From: a virus
Lineage: Duplodnaviria; Caudoviricetes
Reading direction: 5' to 3' (one strand)
DNA: 64,000 bases
IMG/VR virus record: IMGVR_UViG_3300020460_000012
Part shown: piece after piece, positions 18,330 to 27,990 of the stretch
Layout of the letters: the number at the start of each line of letters is the position of its first letter
How positions within the stretch are numbered: position 1 is the first letter of the stretch
Notes under the pieces: generated by a model
The model's database searches: none
What the model was told of the DNA's origin: nothing
The model's input: only the letters and a program-made list of their open reading frames with translations
Translations under genes and position numbers: made by a program

Positions 18330-21300
18330 TTATATGTTTGTCCTATCATTTCCGCTATCAGCACCATGAGTAAAGTATTGCATTGCCGCTATTGATCCTT
18401 TAGTAGGTTTATCATGATGTCCTCTAGCAGTTAAATGTATCATATTACTAGTAGTTGACATAGTGTCTGCTGTAACACTAATTGAACCCGACACAAGTTT
18501 GTTAGTGTTTGCATTACTACTACCACCTGATACTCTTGATTGCAAATATTTTCCTATTGCTCTTTGTGTAGGTACAATAGTATTTGCATTAGCAATAAAT
18601 GTAGGCTCTTTCGAAAATTCGTTAATTATAACTTGTGTTCCACCTACTACAATTCCGCCTAGTGTTAGCTGTGTCAATCCAGTTAAAGTAAAGTAAGAAG
18701 CATTAAGTGTAATAATACCTGTATCTTGTTCAACTTTAAATTGTTCACCAACTCTAAAGTTACCGTCTTGGTCTGTCGAAGTATAAAATACTCTACCAGC
18801 ATTAGCTTCTCTTACTTCGTTTTGTTGTTGTGGATCGTTTGTAGCATTATAGCCTTCTACATATCTATTAGGATAATCTGTGTCTCCTATGTTACCAGAA
18901 CCAACATCTAAGAAATCATGTCCTGTCAATCTAACTTGACTGTACTGTTGACGTATAGTAATAGCAGTATTATGCTCAGGCGATTCTGCTCTACCTAGTG
19001 TAGGACTTATAGTCAGTGTTAGATTATAATTTCCTGAACTTCCTGATTGTGCATCGATGCTAGAAACTTTATAGTCAACATCGTTTATTCCGCTTATTAC
19101 TAAGTTATCGCCTGGTCCGGGAACTAAACTTACTCCTTTTAGTTTTAATGTGCCTCCTATTTGGAAACTATCTGCATGACCAAAACCTGCTATTGTACAA
19201 GAAGCAGTAATGTAAGAAGTACCTCTGTTACCAAATACTGGTTGAGGAAGAACGCCATCGTTTATTCTTGCTACTTGTACAGAATTAATTGTTGCTTGTG
19301 GATCATAAACTGTCACTGTTGGAGCCGAAGCGTAATCACTGCCAGGTTCATATACAAAAAACTCGTTAATTTTATCTGACTTAACTACTGCTCTAGCAAA
19401 CGGTTTCGCTCCCCAACCTGTGACTAGGTTCCAATTAGCATTATTGTCTGCAATTACTACCCAATTATTTAATGCTGTACTGTATCCTGCTCCTGACCAA
19501 CTTGCACTTTCTGTTGCAAGGTAATCAGAACTATCATCACTTGTAATTCTCCATACAACTCCGTCTTGTGACTTTGCTAATTGATTACCTGTACCTATGG
19601 CCATAAATGTTCCGCCACTTGATTTGCCATCTACTATACCTGATTGTCCTTTGTGTCCTTCACTGTAAAAAATTCTTGTAAAGTCAGTAGAGCCCGGTAT
19701 ACTGTATTCATACCAATATATTCCATCAAAACTTATTGCTGTTTTAGTTTCTGTGCTTACATCACCCGGGTCTATAGCAACAAATCTACCATTACCAAAA
19801 ATGACGTCAGTGTAACCAACAGGTAATCTTCCTGTTGCTCCTGCGTCATATTGAGTAGACAAACCTGATGAGAATCTAGTAGTGTTAATTGCAACACCTC
19901 CTTTTGAACCTGTGTTTAAATAAACAAATGTTCCATCTGGACCTCCTACACCTGGACCGTATGCGACCTTAGTATAACTGTATAGTGCCGAATCATTTGA
20001 TGCATTAGTTGGCGTATGGTATTGATAGCTTCCAAAATTATTACCTGAGTACCAAACTCTATAATTACCAAAAGCAAATCCTGTACGCTGATTTGTATCA
20101 CCTGGTATAATTGCGCCATCTTTTAATTCAACCCCTGCCATATTTGCAGTATAAGAAGGTAAACTAGTTGCATGTGATTTTGCCGCTACACCGAATTGAT
20201 ATATTGTCCCTGCACCTCCTGAGCCTCCGTTGTCTTCCGCAAAAATTAATACTTGACTACCCCAAGAATCATATTGCACTGCGACTACATCCTTCCCTGT
20301 AAATCTCACTGCTGGAGTACTCCATGTAATTCCGTCTGCTGAATGTGAAGTATACGTATCTCCAGCACCACCTGCTGTTACAGCTACAAAGCAACTTCCA
20401 GCATCGAACCATATTACCTCTTTCCATATTGTACTACTTGGTGCAGTAATCTGTGTAGCAGTTAATGGATGATCACTAAATGTAACTCTTGGTTCAATAC
20501 TGTATCTTGTATTTGTGCCTAGTAATGTTTCAATAGGCCAACCTGGATTTATATGATCCCATCCTGCTGAACCGTCTGATTCTCTACTTACTTGTGCAAC
20601 TTTAGATACATCGTTATAACTAGAAATATATCCATATTGACCTACACCTACACCAGAATTAATAAAAATTCTCATGCCATTGTATTTTGACGGACTACCG
20701 TCTGTATCTGCGGCCGCTAAAGTAATACTTGTTGCATCACCGCCTTGAGCATTATTCAATTTATATTGATAATTATTTCCGCCTGCCGCACTTGAATCAC
20801 CAGGGTCTAGCAATCTAATTTCAGATACTGCGCCATCTCTAGTTTCTTCGTATGTAGCTGTTGCATTTACACCTTGTCCAGCAAAAGTAACTGTTGAAGC
20901 GTTTGATCCGCTTGCTTTATTTTTATAAGTTCTACCTGCATTTTTATATTCTAATGCTAGTATCATATTTTGATTATCAGTTATAACATTTGCACTTGCT
21001 TCTGAAGCTTGGTTATCCACATTTCCTGTTATTGCTGTTTCAGTTGTATCATATCCTTCTGCTACACTTCCAAATGTTCCATATGAGTTATTACCATTTG
21101 TTGCACGTAGTTTTCCACCTTCATCTGCCAAATAACCTATATGACAATAATATGTGAATACACTTACTAATTCTGATCTACCGTTATTTGTTGCCCAGTA
21201 CCCTATACCATCGCTTATTATTTGTGTAAAATCATTTGCAACAATTGATTTGTAACCTGAATTATGTAATGCTCCATCTATTTTTAATCCTACACATCCT

Positions 21301-23255
21301 GTGCCAAATGTTGTAATGTTTTGTATGTATGGAGACTTACTTGTAATATGCGTATTAGTATCACTTATTCCTGTGCCTGGGTCTAGACTTACATATGCTC
21401 CTGCATTTGGACGCTTTGTACCGTATGCATTAACTGTGCCTAAAGTACCAGTCAATCCTTGCAAAGTCATGTTACGCATGCCTGCTCCATTGCTAACGTA
21501 AAACATGTTATTTGCTTCACGTCCTGCCGCAGGTTGCACTGTAACACTTCTAAGTTCGTCTCCTACTAATGTTGTTTCTTTTGGAATTGATATCGGGGTA
21601 AGCTCGTCATAATATCCAGCTGTTACAAATACAGTTGCTGGAGCCCTATTTGCCCAGTCTGCATTAATATAATCACATGCATATTTTATTGTTCTAAAAG
21701 GAGCGTTGACTGTTGTTCCGCTGTTAGCACTATCAACACCAGTTACACCAACGTAATAAACTTTTGATACAGGTCCATAGTCTTGCCATATTGTGTTATT
21801 ACTTACGGCCTTTAATGTCGCACCTGGAGCACCAATAGCTAGTCTAGTAGTCTGTGATGCATCTCTTACACGTATATCTCCATCTGTTGTTAAAACGTTC
21901 CCGTCAATACCTGCAAGCATTAATTGCCAATAGTTTTCATGTTCGTTAGCCATGTCAAGATCAGGTCTGTTGTCAGATTCTGTACCAGCATGTCTTGCTA
22001 TACAATAGTATGCACTTCCGTCATAAGTTACAATATCTCCTACATAGTATTGTACATTATCAACCCAATCACTTTTCCATTTGTGTCCAGGCACTAATAT
22101 TTGCCACTTTGCAGAGCTATCTGGATATTCTGATATAGAATTAGTTACACAAATATACAAATAACCACCGTTTCTAACTACATCACCTGTGTAGTATTGT
22201 GTGACATGATTGTACTCACCTTGATGTTTGTAACCTTCTTTTGTAAGCTCCCAGTCTCCTGTATCTTGTAATTTTCCGTTTACACTAGGTACACTACCTA
22301 AATTGTTTTGTAAACAAGTATAAACATAACCGCCATATAAAACTATATCGCCTTTTTGATATTCAGTTGCTTGATTCCATAATAGTTCATAACCAAAACC
22401 GGGTAACCAAACAGACCAATAACTACTTGCTTCATCAGTTCTAAACAAAGCACTTGCTGTATGACCTACTAGACATTTCCAAATAGTTTCACCATATTTG
22501 ACTAAATCATTTTTTCTATACCTAGTGCCTGTTGTCCATTCTACTTTATATTCAAATTGATCTAATACTACTTCCCATTTAGGTAGATCTGCTTCAAGTC
22601 CTCCACTTTCACCTGCATTAGAAGTATGATATACTGTACAACGATATACTATACCATTATACCTAACAACATCGTCTACCATATATCTTGTGTTTACAGT
22701 CCAATCTGCACGCCAATTATCTGATCTTGCTACTATTTCCCAACTTATCTGATCTTGTTCTAAGCCATCGGTTACGTTTGAGGCAGATGTATGTTTTGCT
22801 ATACAACGATAGGTTATACCATTGTAAATTACTATGTCTCCTAGATCGTAGAAAAATCCTGTAGTCCAAGTATTTGTCCAATTATCAGTCGTTGCAACAA
22901 TGGTCCATTTACTATAGTCTGTATGTGGACCTTGTGAGGTCACTACGTTAGAAGTATGAGCTTCGATACATCTGTAAACATATCCTTCCCATTTTATAAT
23001 TTCGCCTACACTGTAGTATGTGTTATTGACCCAGTCTCCTCTCCACATCATGCCGTCAAGCATAAGTTCCCATTTTGGAGTTGCATGATTTAAATCTGTA
23101 TAAAATCCAGTAGCTACTGCTTGCGAAGTATGTCCTACAAGACAAACATATGATTTGCCTTGATAGATTACTATATCATCTTTTCTATATACTGTAGAAA
23201 TTGCCCAGATATTTTTCCATCTAAACCTAATTCTATCAATATTAAATTCTGCCAT
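18330..23255 (-). CDS. Giant tail fibre/spike protein 2 (1641 aa), paralogue of 13524..18296, with an Asp-box insert
   Basis: Same N-terminal Trp repeats, beta-helix and YSQVRLTGHDFLDVG end; additional S-x-D-G-x-x-W motifs (SADGITW, SFDGIYW, SQDGVVW). Confidence 0.8.
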   Translation of the reverse strand: MAEFNIDRIRFRWKNIWAISTVYRKDDIVIYQGKSYVCLVGHTSQAVATGFYTDLNHATPKWELMLDGMMWRGDWVNNTYYSVGEIIKWEGYVYRCIEAHTSNVVTSQGPHTDYSKWTIVATTDNWTNTWTTGFFYDLGDIVIYNGITYRCIAKHTSASNVTDGLEQDQISWEIVARSDNWRADWTVNTRYMVDDVVRYNGIVYRCTVYHTSNAGESGGLEADLPKWEVVLDQFEYKVEWTTGTRYRKNDLVKYGETIWKCLVGHTASALFRTDEASSYWSVWLPGFGYELLWNQATEYQKGDIVLYGGYVYTCLQNNLGSVPSVNGKLQDTGDWELTKEGYKHQGEYNHVTQYYTGDVVRNGGYLYICVTNSISEYPDSSAKWQILVPGHKWKSDWVDNVQYYVGDIVTYDGSAYYCIARHAGTESDNRPDLDMANEHENYWQLMLAGIDGNVLTTDGDIRVRDASQTTRLAIGAPGATLKAVSNNTIWQDYGPVSKVYYVGVTGVDSANSGTTVNAPFRTIKYACDYINADWANRAPATVFVTAGYYDELTPISIPKETTLVGDELRSVTVQPAAGREANNMFYVSNGAGMRNMTLQGLTGTLGTVNAYGTKRPNAGAYVSLDPGTGISDTNTHITSKSPYIQNITTFGTGCVGLKIDGALHNSGYKSIVANDFTQIISDGIGYWATNNGRSELVSVFTYYCHIGYLADEGGKLRATNGNNSYGTFGSVAEGYDTTETAITGNVDNQASEASANVITDNQNMILALEYKNAGRTYKNKASGSNASTVTFAGQGVNATATYEETRDGAVSEIRLLDPGDSSAAGGNNYQYKLNNAQGGDATSITLAAADTDGSPSKYNGMRIFINSGVGVGQYGYISSYNDVSKVAQVSRESDGSAGWDHINPGWPIETLLGTNTRYSIEPRVTFSDHPLTATQITAPSSTIWKEVIWFDAGSCFVAVTAGGAGDTYTSHSADGITWSTPAVRFTGKDVVAVQYDSWGSQVLIFAEDNGGSGGAGTIYQFGVAAKSHATSLPSYTANMAGVELKDGAIIPGDTNQRTGFAFGNYRVWYSGNNFGSYQYHTPTNASNDSALYSYTKVAYGPGVGGPDGTFVYLNTGSKGGVAINTTRFSSGLSTQYDAGATGRLPVGYTDVIFGNGRFVAIDPGDVSTETKTAISFDGIYWYEYSIPGSTDFTRIFYSEGHKGQSGIVDGKSSGGTFMAIGTGNQLAKSQDGVVWRITSDDSSDYLATESASWSGAGYSTALNNWVVIADNNANWNLVTGWGAKPFARAVVKSDKINEFFVYEPGSDYASAPTVTVYDPQATINSVQVARINDGVLPQPVFGNRGTSYITASCTIAGFGHADSFQIGGTLKLKGVSLVPGPGDNLVISGINDVDYKVSSIDAQSGSSGNYNLTLTISPTLGRAESPEHNTAITIRQQYSQVRLTGHDFLDVGSGNIGDTDYPNRYVEGYNATNDPQQQNEVREANAGRVFYTSTDQDGNFRVGEQFKVEQDTGIITLNASYFTLTGLTQLTLGGIVVGGTQVIINEFSKEPTFIANANTIVPTQRAIGKYLQSRVSGGSSNANTNKLVSGSISVTADTMSTTSNMIHLTARGHHDKPTKGSIAAMQYFTHGADSGNDRTNI

Positions 23256-23268
23256 TAGCTTTTCCTAC

Positions 23269-23646
23269 CTAGTATGTTATCTCACCGCTAGATGATGCAC
23301 CATCATCGTATGTGTGATCTTCGTTTACTCTTACACAAAGTTCTCCTTCAGCATTAATATAATACCAAATATCTCTGTCATCGTGTTTAAATTGTTCATA
23401 ATTTAAATTTTCATATACTAAATTATGATTATAATCTCTTCCTTCAAAAAATTCTTGCCCTTCTTCAAAATTAGGATAGTTATCTGTTGGGTCTCCAATT
23501 TTGTTTATTTGTACTACATCATCTTGTCCAAGCTGATCTACTTTAGCTAAAAATAATTCTCCGTTATCAGTCCTACGCAATCCGTAAAAAAATCTTTTAT
23601 CGCTTTGTGCGTAGTATTGTTCTTGTGAAGCTCCTATATATGCCAT
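23269..23646 (-). CDS. Hypothetical protein, 125 aa
   Basis: Clean ORF, GGAAAA RBS, tightly packed in the structural operon. Confidence 0.55.
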   Translation of the reverse strand: MAYIGASQEQYYAQSDKRFFYGLRRTDNGELFLAKVDQLGQDDVVQINKIGDPTDNYPNFEEGQEFFEGRDYNHNLVYENLNYEQFKHDDRDIWYYINAEGELCVRVNEDHTYDDGASSSGEITY

Positions 23647-23656
23647 TTATTTTTCC

Positions 23657-23986
23657 TTATACAATATCCACATAACTTAAAACAGCATCAACTGAATTAC
23701 TTTTATTTGACTGTAATAACAATGTATTGTTAGGAGCCAAGATTAATTTTTCAGCAGGGCCTAATGGTTTAAGTGTAGACTTTGGTGGTACTAATACATC
23801 TTTTAAGTAATAACCCTCACTACTTGCATCATCACCAATTAAAACGCTTACGCTTACTGCACCAGTAGTAGTATTTGCAAGACTTATACCAATTATAGTC
23901 GAACGTGTACTAGCATTAGTTTCTATTGCTACTATCTTCATTGTTCCTATGTCTTTTACTACTTTATTTTTAAACGTTGTTGCCAT
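23657..23986 (-). CDS. Small beta-sandwich virion protein
   Basis: STIIGISLANTT...YYLKDVLVPPKSTL...EKLILAPNNTL; similar to 13192..13509 and 27617..27982. Confidence 0.6.
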   Translation of the reverse strand: MATTFKNKVVKDIGTMKIVAIETNASTRSTIIGISLANTTTGAVSVSVLIGDDASSEGYYLKDVLVPPKSTLKPLGPAEKLILAPNNTLLLQSNKSNSVDAVLSYVDIV

Positions 23987-23990
23987 TATA

Positions 23991-25457
23991 TTATCCTAAA
24001 CTTATGACCAATTCTAATGCAATATTTTCAGCATCACCTAATGATATACCTGCACCTGCACCTGCAACTGAACTCCAGCTACCGTCATAAACTTCAACTC
24101 TTGATTCTGCTGTATTATATCTTACCATTCCGATTTCAGGTGCTCCAGGCCTTTGTCCTGATGTACCTACTGGTAAAACAAATCCGCCTGTACCTCCAAA
24201 TTTTACATATCCTGTGCCTGTTTGTAAGAATTCAGTTACACCGCCATTTGTTAAATTTGTAATTGTGTTGTCTTTAATTGCAAGTGTACCATCAAATACA
24301 ACACTACCTGTTCCATTAGCATCTAGATTTAAATCTGTATTAGTTGCGGAAGTACTAACTGTAGAACCATCTATAGTAATATCATCTACTACAACTTTAG
24401 GAGCATTTAATCTAGTGCTGTTAATATCAACTACTGTGCTTCCTGACACATTAAATCTAATAGTATTATCATTTGCACCTGGTGTTAATTCAGCTGTAAT
24501 ATTTGTATTTCCGTCTAAATCTTGAACACCGTTTAATATAATCCAATTAGAGCCGTTATATCCTTCAAAATTGTTATTATCTGTGTTGTATCTTATTTTT
24601 CCTACAGCAGGAGTAGGTCTTTGTGCAGTGGTGCCTGAAGGAATCTTAAAGGATCCTGTACCTGTAATGTTAATGTTTCCGCTACCTGGTGCAAAGGTTA
24701 AATCTGTTGTGCTTGATATAGTTGAATCTTTAAAAGTAAGATCATCTATTACTACGCTACCTGTTCCGTTTGCTCTAAGTTCTAAATCAGCATTTGATAC
24801 ACTTGTTTGTATTACACTTCCTGCAATATTTACATCGCCTATATTTGCTTGATTTGATTGAACATCATTTACATATGCATTATTCCATTTCTTTGTGCTT
24901 GAACCTATATTATATGTATTAGTAGCATCAGGAATAATATTACTAGCAATATCAGCATTGAAAGTTACATTATCTGTATCTGCATCACCAATTGTAATAT
25001 TGCCATTAGCTGTGATATTACCTGTAGCTGTAATATTGCCTTGTACGTTAGTATCTCCTATTATTTCTACAGTACCTACACCATTAGGAACAAACTCTAT
25101 GTTTGCGTTAGACTCATTAGTAGATATAATATTATCTCTTATATCAATCGAATCTATTGTTAATCTCTTGTTGTAAACAACATTATCAGCTGTACCTAAT
25201 ACAAGAGTAGGACTCGTAGAGCTAATAGTATTGCCATTAAATTGCACTGTGCCAATACTGCTTGCACCGCTTACGTTAATTGTTGGAGCTCTTGTAGTTC
25301 CGCCTACATCTAGATCGTACTGAGGGTTTGCGTTGTTTATTCCTACGCGGCTGTTATTTACATCTAAGTAAAGTAAATTCGTCTCAAAAGCTAAGTTAAC
25401 CCCATTTCTAAGTAGGTTAGCTTTTAAGAGCGGACCACTTATGCGACCAATAGCCAT
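23991..25457 (-). CDS. Tail fibre-like structural protein (488 aa)
   Basis: MAIGRISGPLLKANLLRNG start; repeats of IPSGTTAQRP..G.IRYNT and DL.L.ANGTGSV. Confidence 0.7.
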   Translation of the reverse strand: MAIGRISGPLLKANLLRNGVNLAFETNLLYLDVNNSRVGINNANPQYDLDVGGTTRAPTINVSGASSIGTVQFNGNTISSTSPTLVLGTADNVVYNKRLTIDSIDIRDNIISTNESNANIEFVPNGVGTVEIIGDTNVQGNITATGNITANGNITIGDADTDNVTFNADIASNIIPDATNTYNIGSSTKKWNNAYVNDVQSNQANIGDVNIAGSVIQTSVSNADLELRANGTGSVVIDDLTFKDSTISSTTDLTFAPGSGNINITGTGSFKIPSGTTAQRPTPAVGKIRYNTDNNNFEGYNGSNWIILNGVQDLDGNTNITAELTPGANDNTIRFNVSGSTVVDINSTRLNAPKVVVDDITIDGSTVSTSATNTDLNLDANGTGSVVFDGTLAIKDNTITNLTNGGVTEFLQTGTGYVKFGGTGGFVLPVGTSGQRPGAPEIGMVRYNTAESRVEVYDGSWSSVAGAGAGISLGDAENIALELVISLG

Positions 25458-25461
25458 CTCT

Positions 25462-25572
25462 TCTCCTCAATACGGGGATCCTGTCCCTCTAGCCTAGTTT
25501 TCATCCTTTCGGCTCTTTGCCGGCTAACCACAGTTTGACCCTGCAAGTATTGGTCATACGTTGCATTAATAG
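25462..25572 (-). promoter_or_regulatory. Structured 5' leader (candidate cis-regulatory RNA) of gene 23991..25457
   Basis: GC-rich island between TAAATA (25573-25578) and the GAGGAG RBS (25463-25468). Stems TGACC/GGTCA, TAGCC/GGCTA, CGGC-AAAGA-GCCG, GGGA/TCCC; CAATAC is complementary to GTATTG abutting the RBS. Confidence 0.6.
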
Positions 25573-25594
25573 TATTTAGCGATTTTCTGGATAA

Positions 25595-27064
25595 TTAGCC
25601 TAGTATTATAGTATATTGTAAAGAAAGTTCATTCATATACTCTTCTGATACAGTACCGCCTTGTCCTGCAGATAAAACATATTGTACACCATCCCAGCTT
25701 TCTAATGTACTAGTATCTGTATTCCATCGTGTGTCTCCTATAGCAGGATTTGGAATTCTGTTTGCAGTTGTACCGTATGGTATCACCATACCTCCAGTAC
25801 CACCTGATTTGAAGTAGCCTTGTCCAGTAGGTATAAATTCTAAAGCGCCATTGGTTGTATTGGTAATATTTCCTTGCTCAAATTTTATACTGTCTATTAC
25901 AACACTTCCTGTTCCGTTAGGAGTAAAATTTAAATTTGTGTTACCACTATCTGTTGTAATAGTATTAGCATTTGCACTTACACTATCTACTAGCAAGCCT
26001 GTCAAATTAATACCTTGAGAATCTATAGAGCCAGATGCAATGTTATTTGCCCTAAATAAAATTGTATCGTTTGTCGGGTGAGCAGTAACATTTGTAGCCG
26101 CATCATCAGAATATACACCCCCAAAAGAAACATAACCTGTGGGAGCTCTACCTTCATACAATCCTGTATCTGTATTATATCTTAAACCTCCTGCATTAGT
26201 TGGTCTTTGAGCACTTGTGCCTGCAGGAAGGAGTACTGCTGTAGTAGAATTAAAAATAAGTTCTCCTGCTGTTACAACATCAATGTCTGTTGCACTAGAA
26301 GATATAGTGTCATTAAGCACATCAACTGAATCTAATCTAACTTTTCTGCTAGCGTCTGTATGATTTAAAGTTAAATTTCCATCAGTTTGATTTATTTTAA
26401 TTACATTTGTATCTATAGTTAAACTAGCTGATGATAATGAAGCAGAATTAAGTACATTAGTATGTGTTTGATTCCAATACTTTGTTGTAGAACCAAGCTC
26501 TGATACATCGTTGACATCTGGTAGTAAATGACTGTTGACATCACTTTGAAATGTAATAGAGTCATCATCACTATCACCTAAAGTTAAATCTCCTCCAAAT
26601 GTGATGTTTCCGGTAGAATGTAAATTGCCTGTAATATTCCAATCTGAATATATTTCAACAGATCCTGTGCCGCTAGGATCTAGTATTATATTTTCGTTCG
26701 ATTGGTTAGAACGTATACTGTTAAAATTAATAGTAAGATTGTCAGTTTGCAATCCTGCAAGAAAAATATTGTTAGTAGCATCTAAATTAATATCGCCACT
26801 ATTTTGATAAATTCTATTTGTGTCAATAGTAAAATTTTGTATATTTAAGTAATCAGCATTAACGCCAGTTGTTCTAATAGCACTTGGTACATCTAATGCA
26901 TATGTTGCCGCAGGTGATTCTGTATTAATACCTACTCTGCCGTTAACAACATCAAGATGAATTAATGCTGTAGAACCGCTTGTATTTTTAAAATTTAAAT
27001 TTGATCCGTCACGTAAAAGATTGTCTTTTAGTACTCCGCCACCGATTCTACCTAATTGAGACAC
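25595..27064 (-). CDS. Tail fibre-like structural protein (489 aa), paralogue of 23991..25457
   Basis: MSQLGRIGGGVLKDNLLRDG start; LLPAGTSAQRP..GGLRYNT and IPYGTTANR..GDTRWNT. TATAAATA at 27082-27089. Confidence 0.7.
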   Translation of the reverse strand: MSQLGRIGGGVLKDNLLRDGSNLNFKNTSGSTALIHLDVVNGRVGINTESPAATYALDVPSAIRTTGVNADYLNIQNFTIDTNRIYQNSGDINLDATNNIFLAGLQTDNLTINFNSIRSNQSNENIILDPSGTGSVEIYSDWNITGNLHSTGNITFGGDLTLGDSDDDSITFQSDVNSHLLPDVNDVSELGSTTKYWNQTHTNVLNSASLSSASLTIDTNVIKINQTDGNLTLNHTDASRKVRLDSVDVLNDTISSSATDIDVVTAGELIFNSTTAVLLPAGTSAQRPTNAGGLRYNTDTGLYEGRAPTGYVSFGGVYSDDAATNVTAHPTNDTILFRANNIASGSIDSQGINLTGLLVDSVSANANTITTDSGNTNLNFTPNGTGSVVIDSIKFEQGNITNTTNGALEFIPTGQGYFKSGGTGGMVIPYGTTANRIPNPAIGDTRWNTDTSTLESWDGVQYVLSAGQGGTVSEEYMNELSLQYTIILG

Positions 27065-27093
27065 GTATTTCTCCTATACTGTATTTATAGGAT

Positions 27094-27615
27094 CTACTTG
27101 TCGAAATTGTGTAGTACTGTTACTGGTTTACCTGCGGGTACTGGAGTACCAAATACTATATACCATCCTGCGGCATAAGGTGTATTTGGGCCTGAAGAAG
27201 GATTTTGTACTAAAGTGTAGTTAGTTGTTGCAACTTGCAAAACATTTTCAACAAGTACAAGCACACTTGCGGCACTTGCTGGTACAGGATAATCTGTATC
27301 TCCTGAATTAAGTACGCCAAATGTTGTTTCTGTGCCGTCTCCTGTGCCTAAGTTTTGTTGGACTATTCCAACTGGGTTGGGTTCGTTATATCTTAGATTC
27401 TTCCATGCACCATTTTCATAAACTTCAAACTCATTGTTGTCTGTGTTGTATCTTAATTGTCCGTTAGCAGATGAGCTTGGACGTTGTGCAGTAGTTCCTA
27501 TAGGAACCACTAACGCCGCTGTACCATCAATTACGCCTAGTCCAGCTGTGCTAAATTTAACACTTGCACCTTGTAGGTTTCTGGTATTCAGAGTTTGTTG
27601 CTTCAAAAAACGCAT
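27094..27615 (-). CDS. Tail-associated structural protein, 173 aa
   Basis: VVPIGTTAQRPSSSANGQLRYNT module and GDGTETTF...VLVLVENVLQ motif typical of large-phage fibre/baseplate proteins. Confidence 0.6.
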   Translation of the reverse strand: MRFLKQQTLNTRNLQGASVKFSTAGLGVIDGTAALVVPIGTTAQRPSSSANGQLRYNTDNNEFEVYENGAWKNLRYNEPNPVGIVQQNLGTGDGTETTFGVLNSGDTDYPVPASAASVLVLVENVLQVATTNYTLVQNPSSGPNTPYAAGWYIVFGTPVPAGKPVTVLHNFDK

Positions 27616-27616
27616 A

Positions 27617-27982
27617 TTAGACTTCCAAAAAGCTTACTGTAGCAGATAAAGTTGTTAAACCTGATCCTGCATCTGGGCTACCAATAAGAACAATTTTGTC
27701 TCCTTGATCTAAAACTATTTTTTCAGAATCAAATGTAAATGTTTCTTTTGCTGGTAGGTTCAAATCATGCAAAACTCTAGTTACTGCATTTGATAAAGCA
27801 GAACCTGACTTAACTAAATGCATATCTACAGTAGCGGCTGTAGTTGTACTATTATTACAAATTAAAATATTTGTAATTGCATAAGTTTTTCCAGTAGGTA
27901 CAGCACCTGCTGGCGATCCTACGCCTGTTGGATCTAATATCTCTGTATTTGTTGTTTTTACTTGTGCTGATATAATTGCCAT
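27617..27982 (-). CDS. Small beta-sandwich virion protein
   Basis: TYAITNILICNN...LHDLNLPAKETFTFDSEKIVLDQGDKI; same family as 13192..13509 and 23657..23986. Confidence 0.6.
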   Translation of the reverse strand: MAIISAQVKTTNTEILDPTGVGSPAGAVPTGKTYAITNILICNNSTTTAATVDMHLVKSGSALSNAVTRVLHDLNLPAKETFTFDSEKIVLDQGDKIVLIGSPDAGSGLTTLSATVSFLEV

Positions 27983-27990
27983 GTCTTTTC

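Noticed and set aside
13524-23255. Diversity-generating retroelement or invertase-switched fibre cassette
   Set aside because: No reverse transcriptase, recombinase, near-identical TR/VR pair or flanking inverted repeats seen; the paralogues are anciently diverged.
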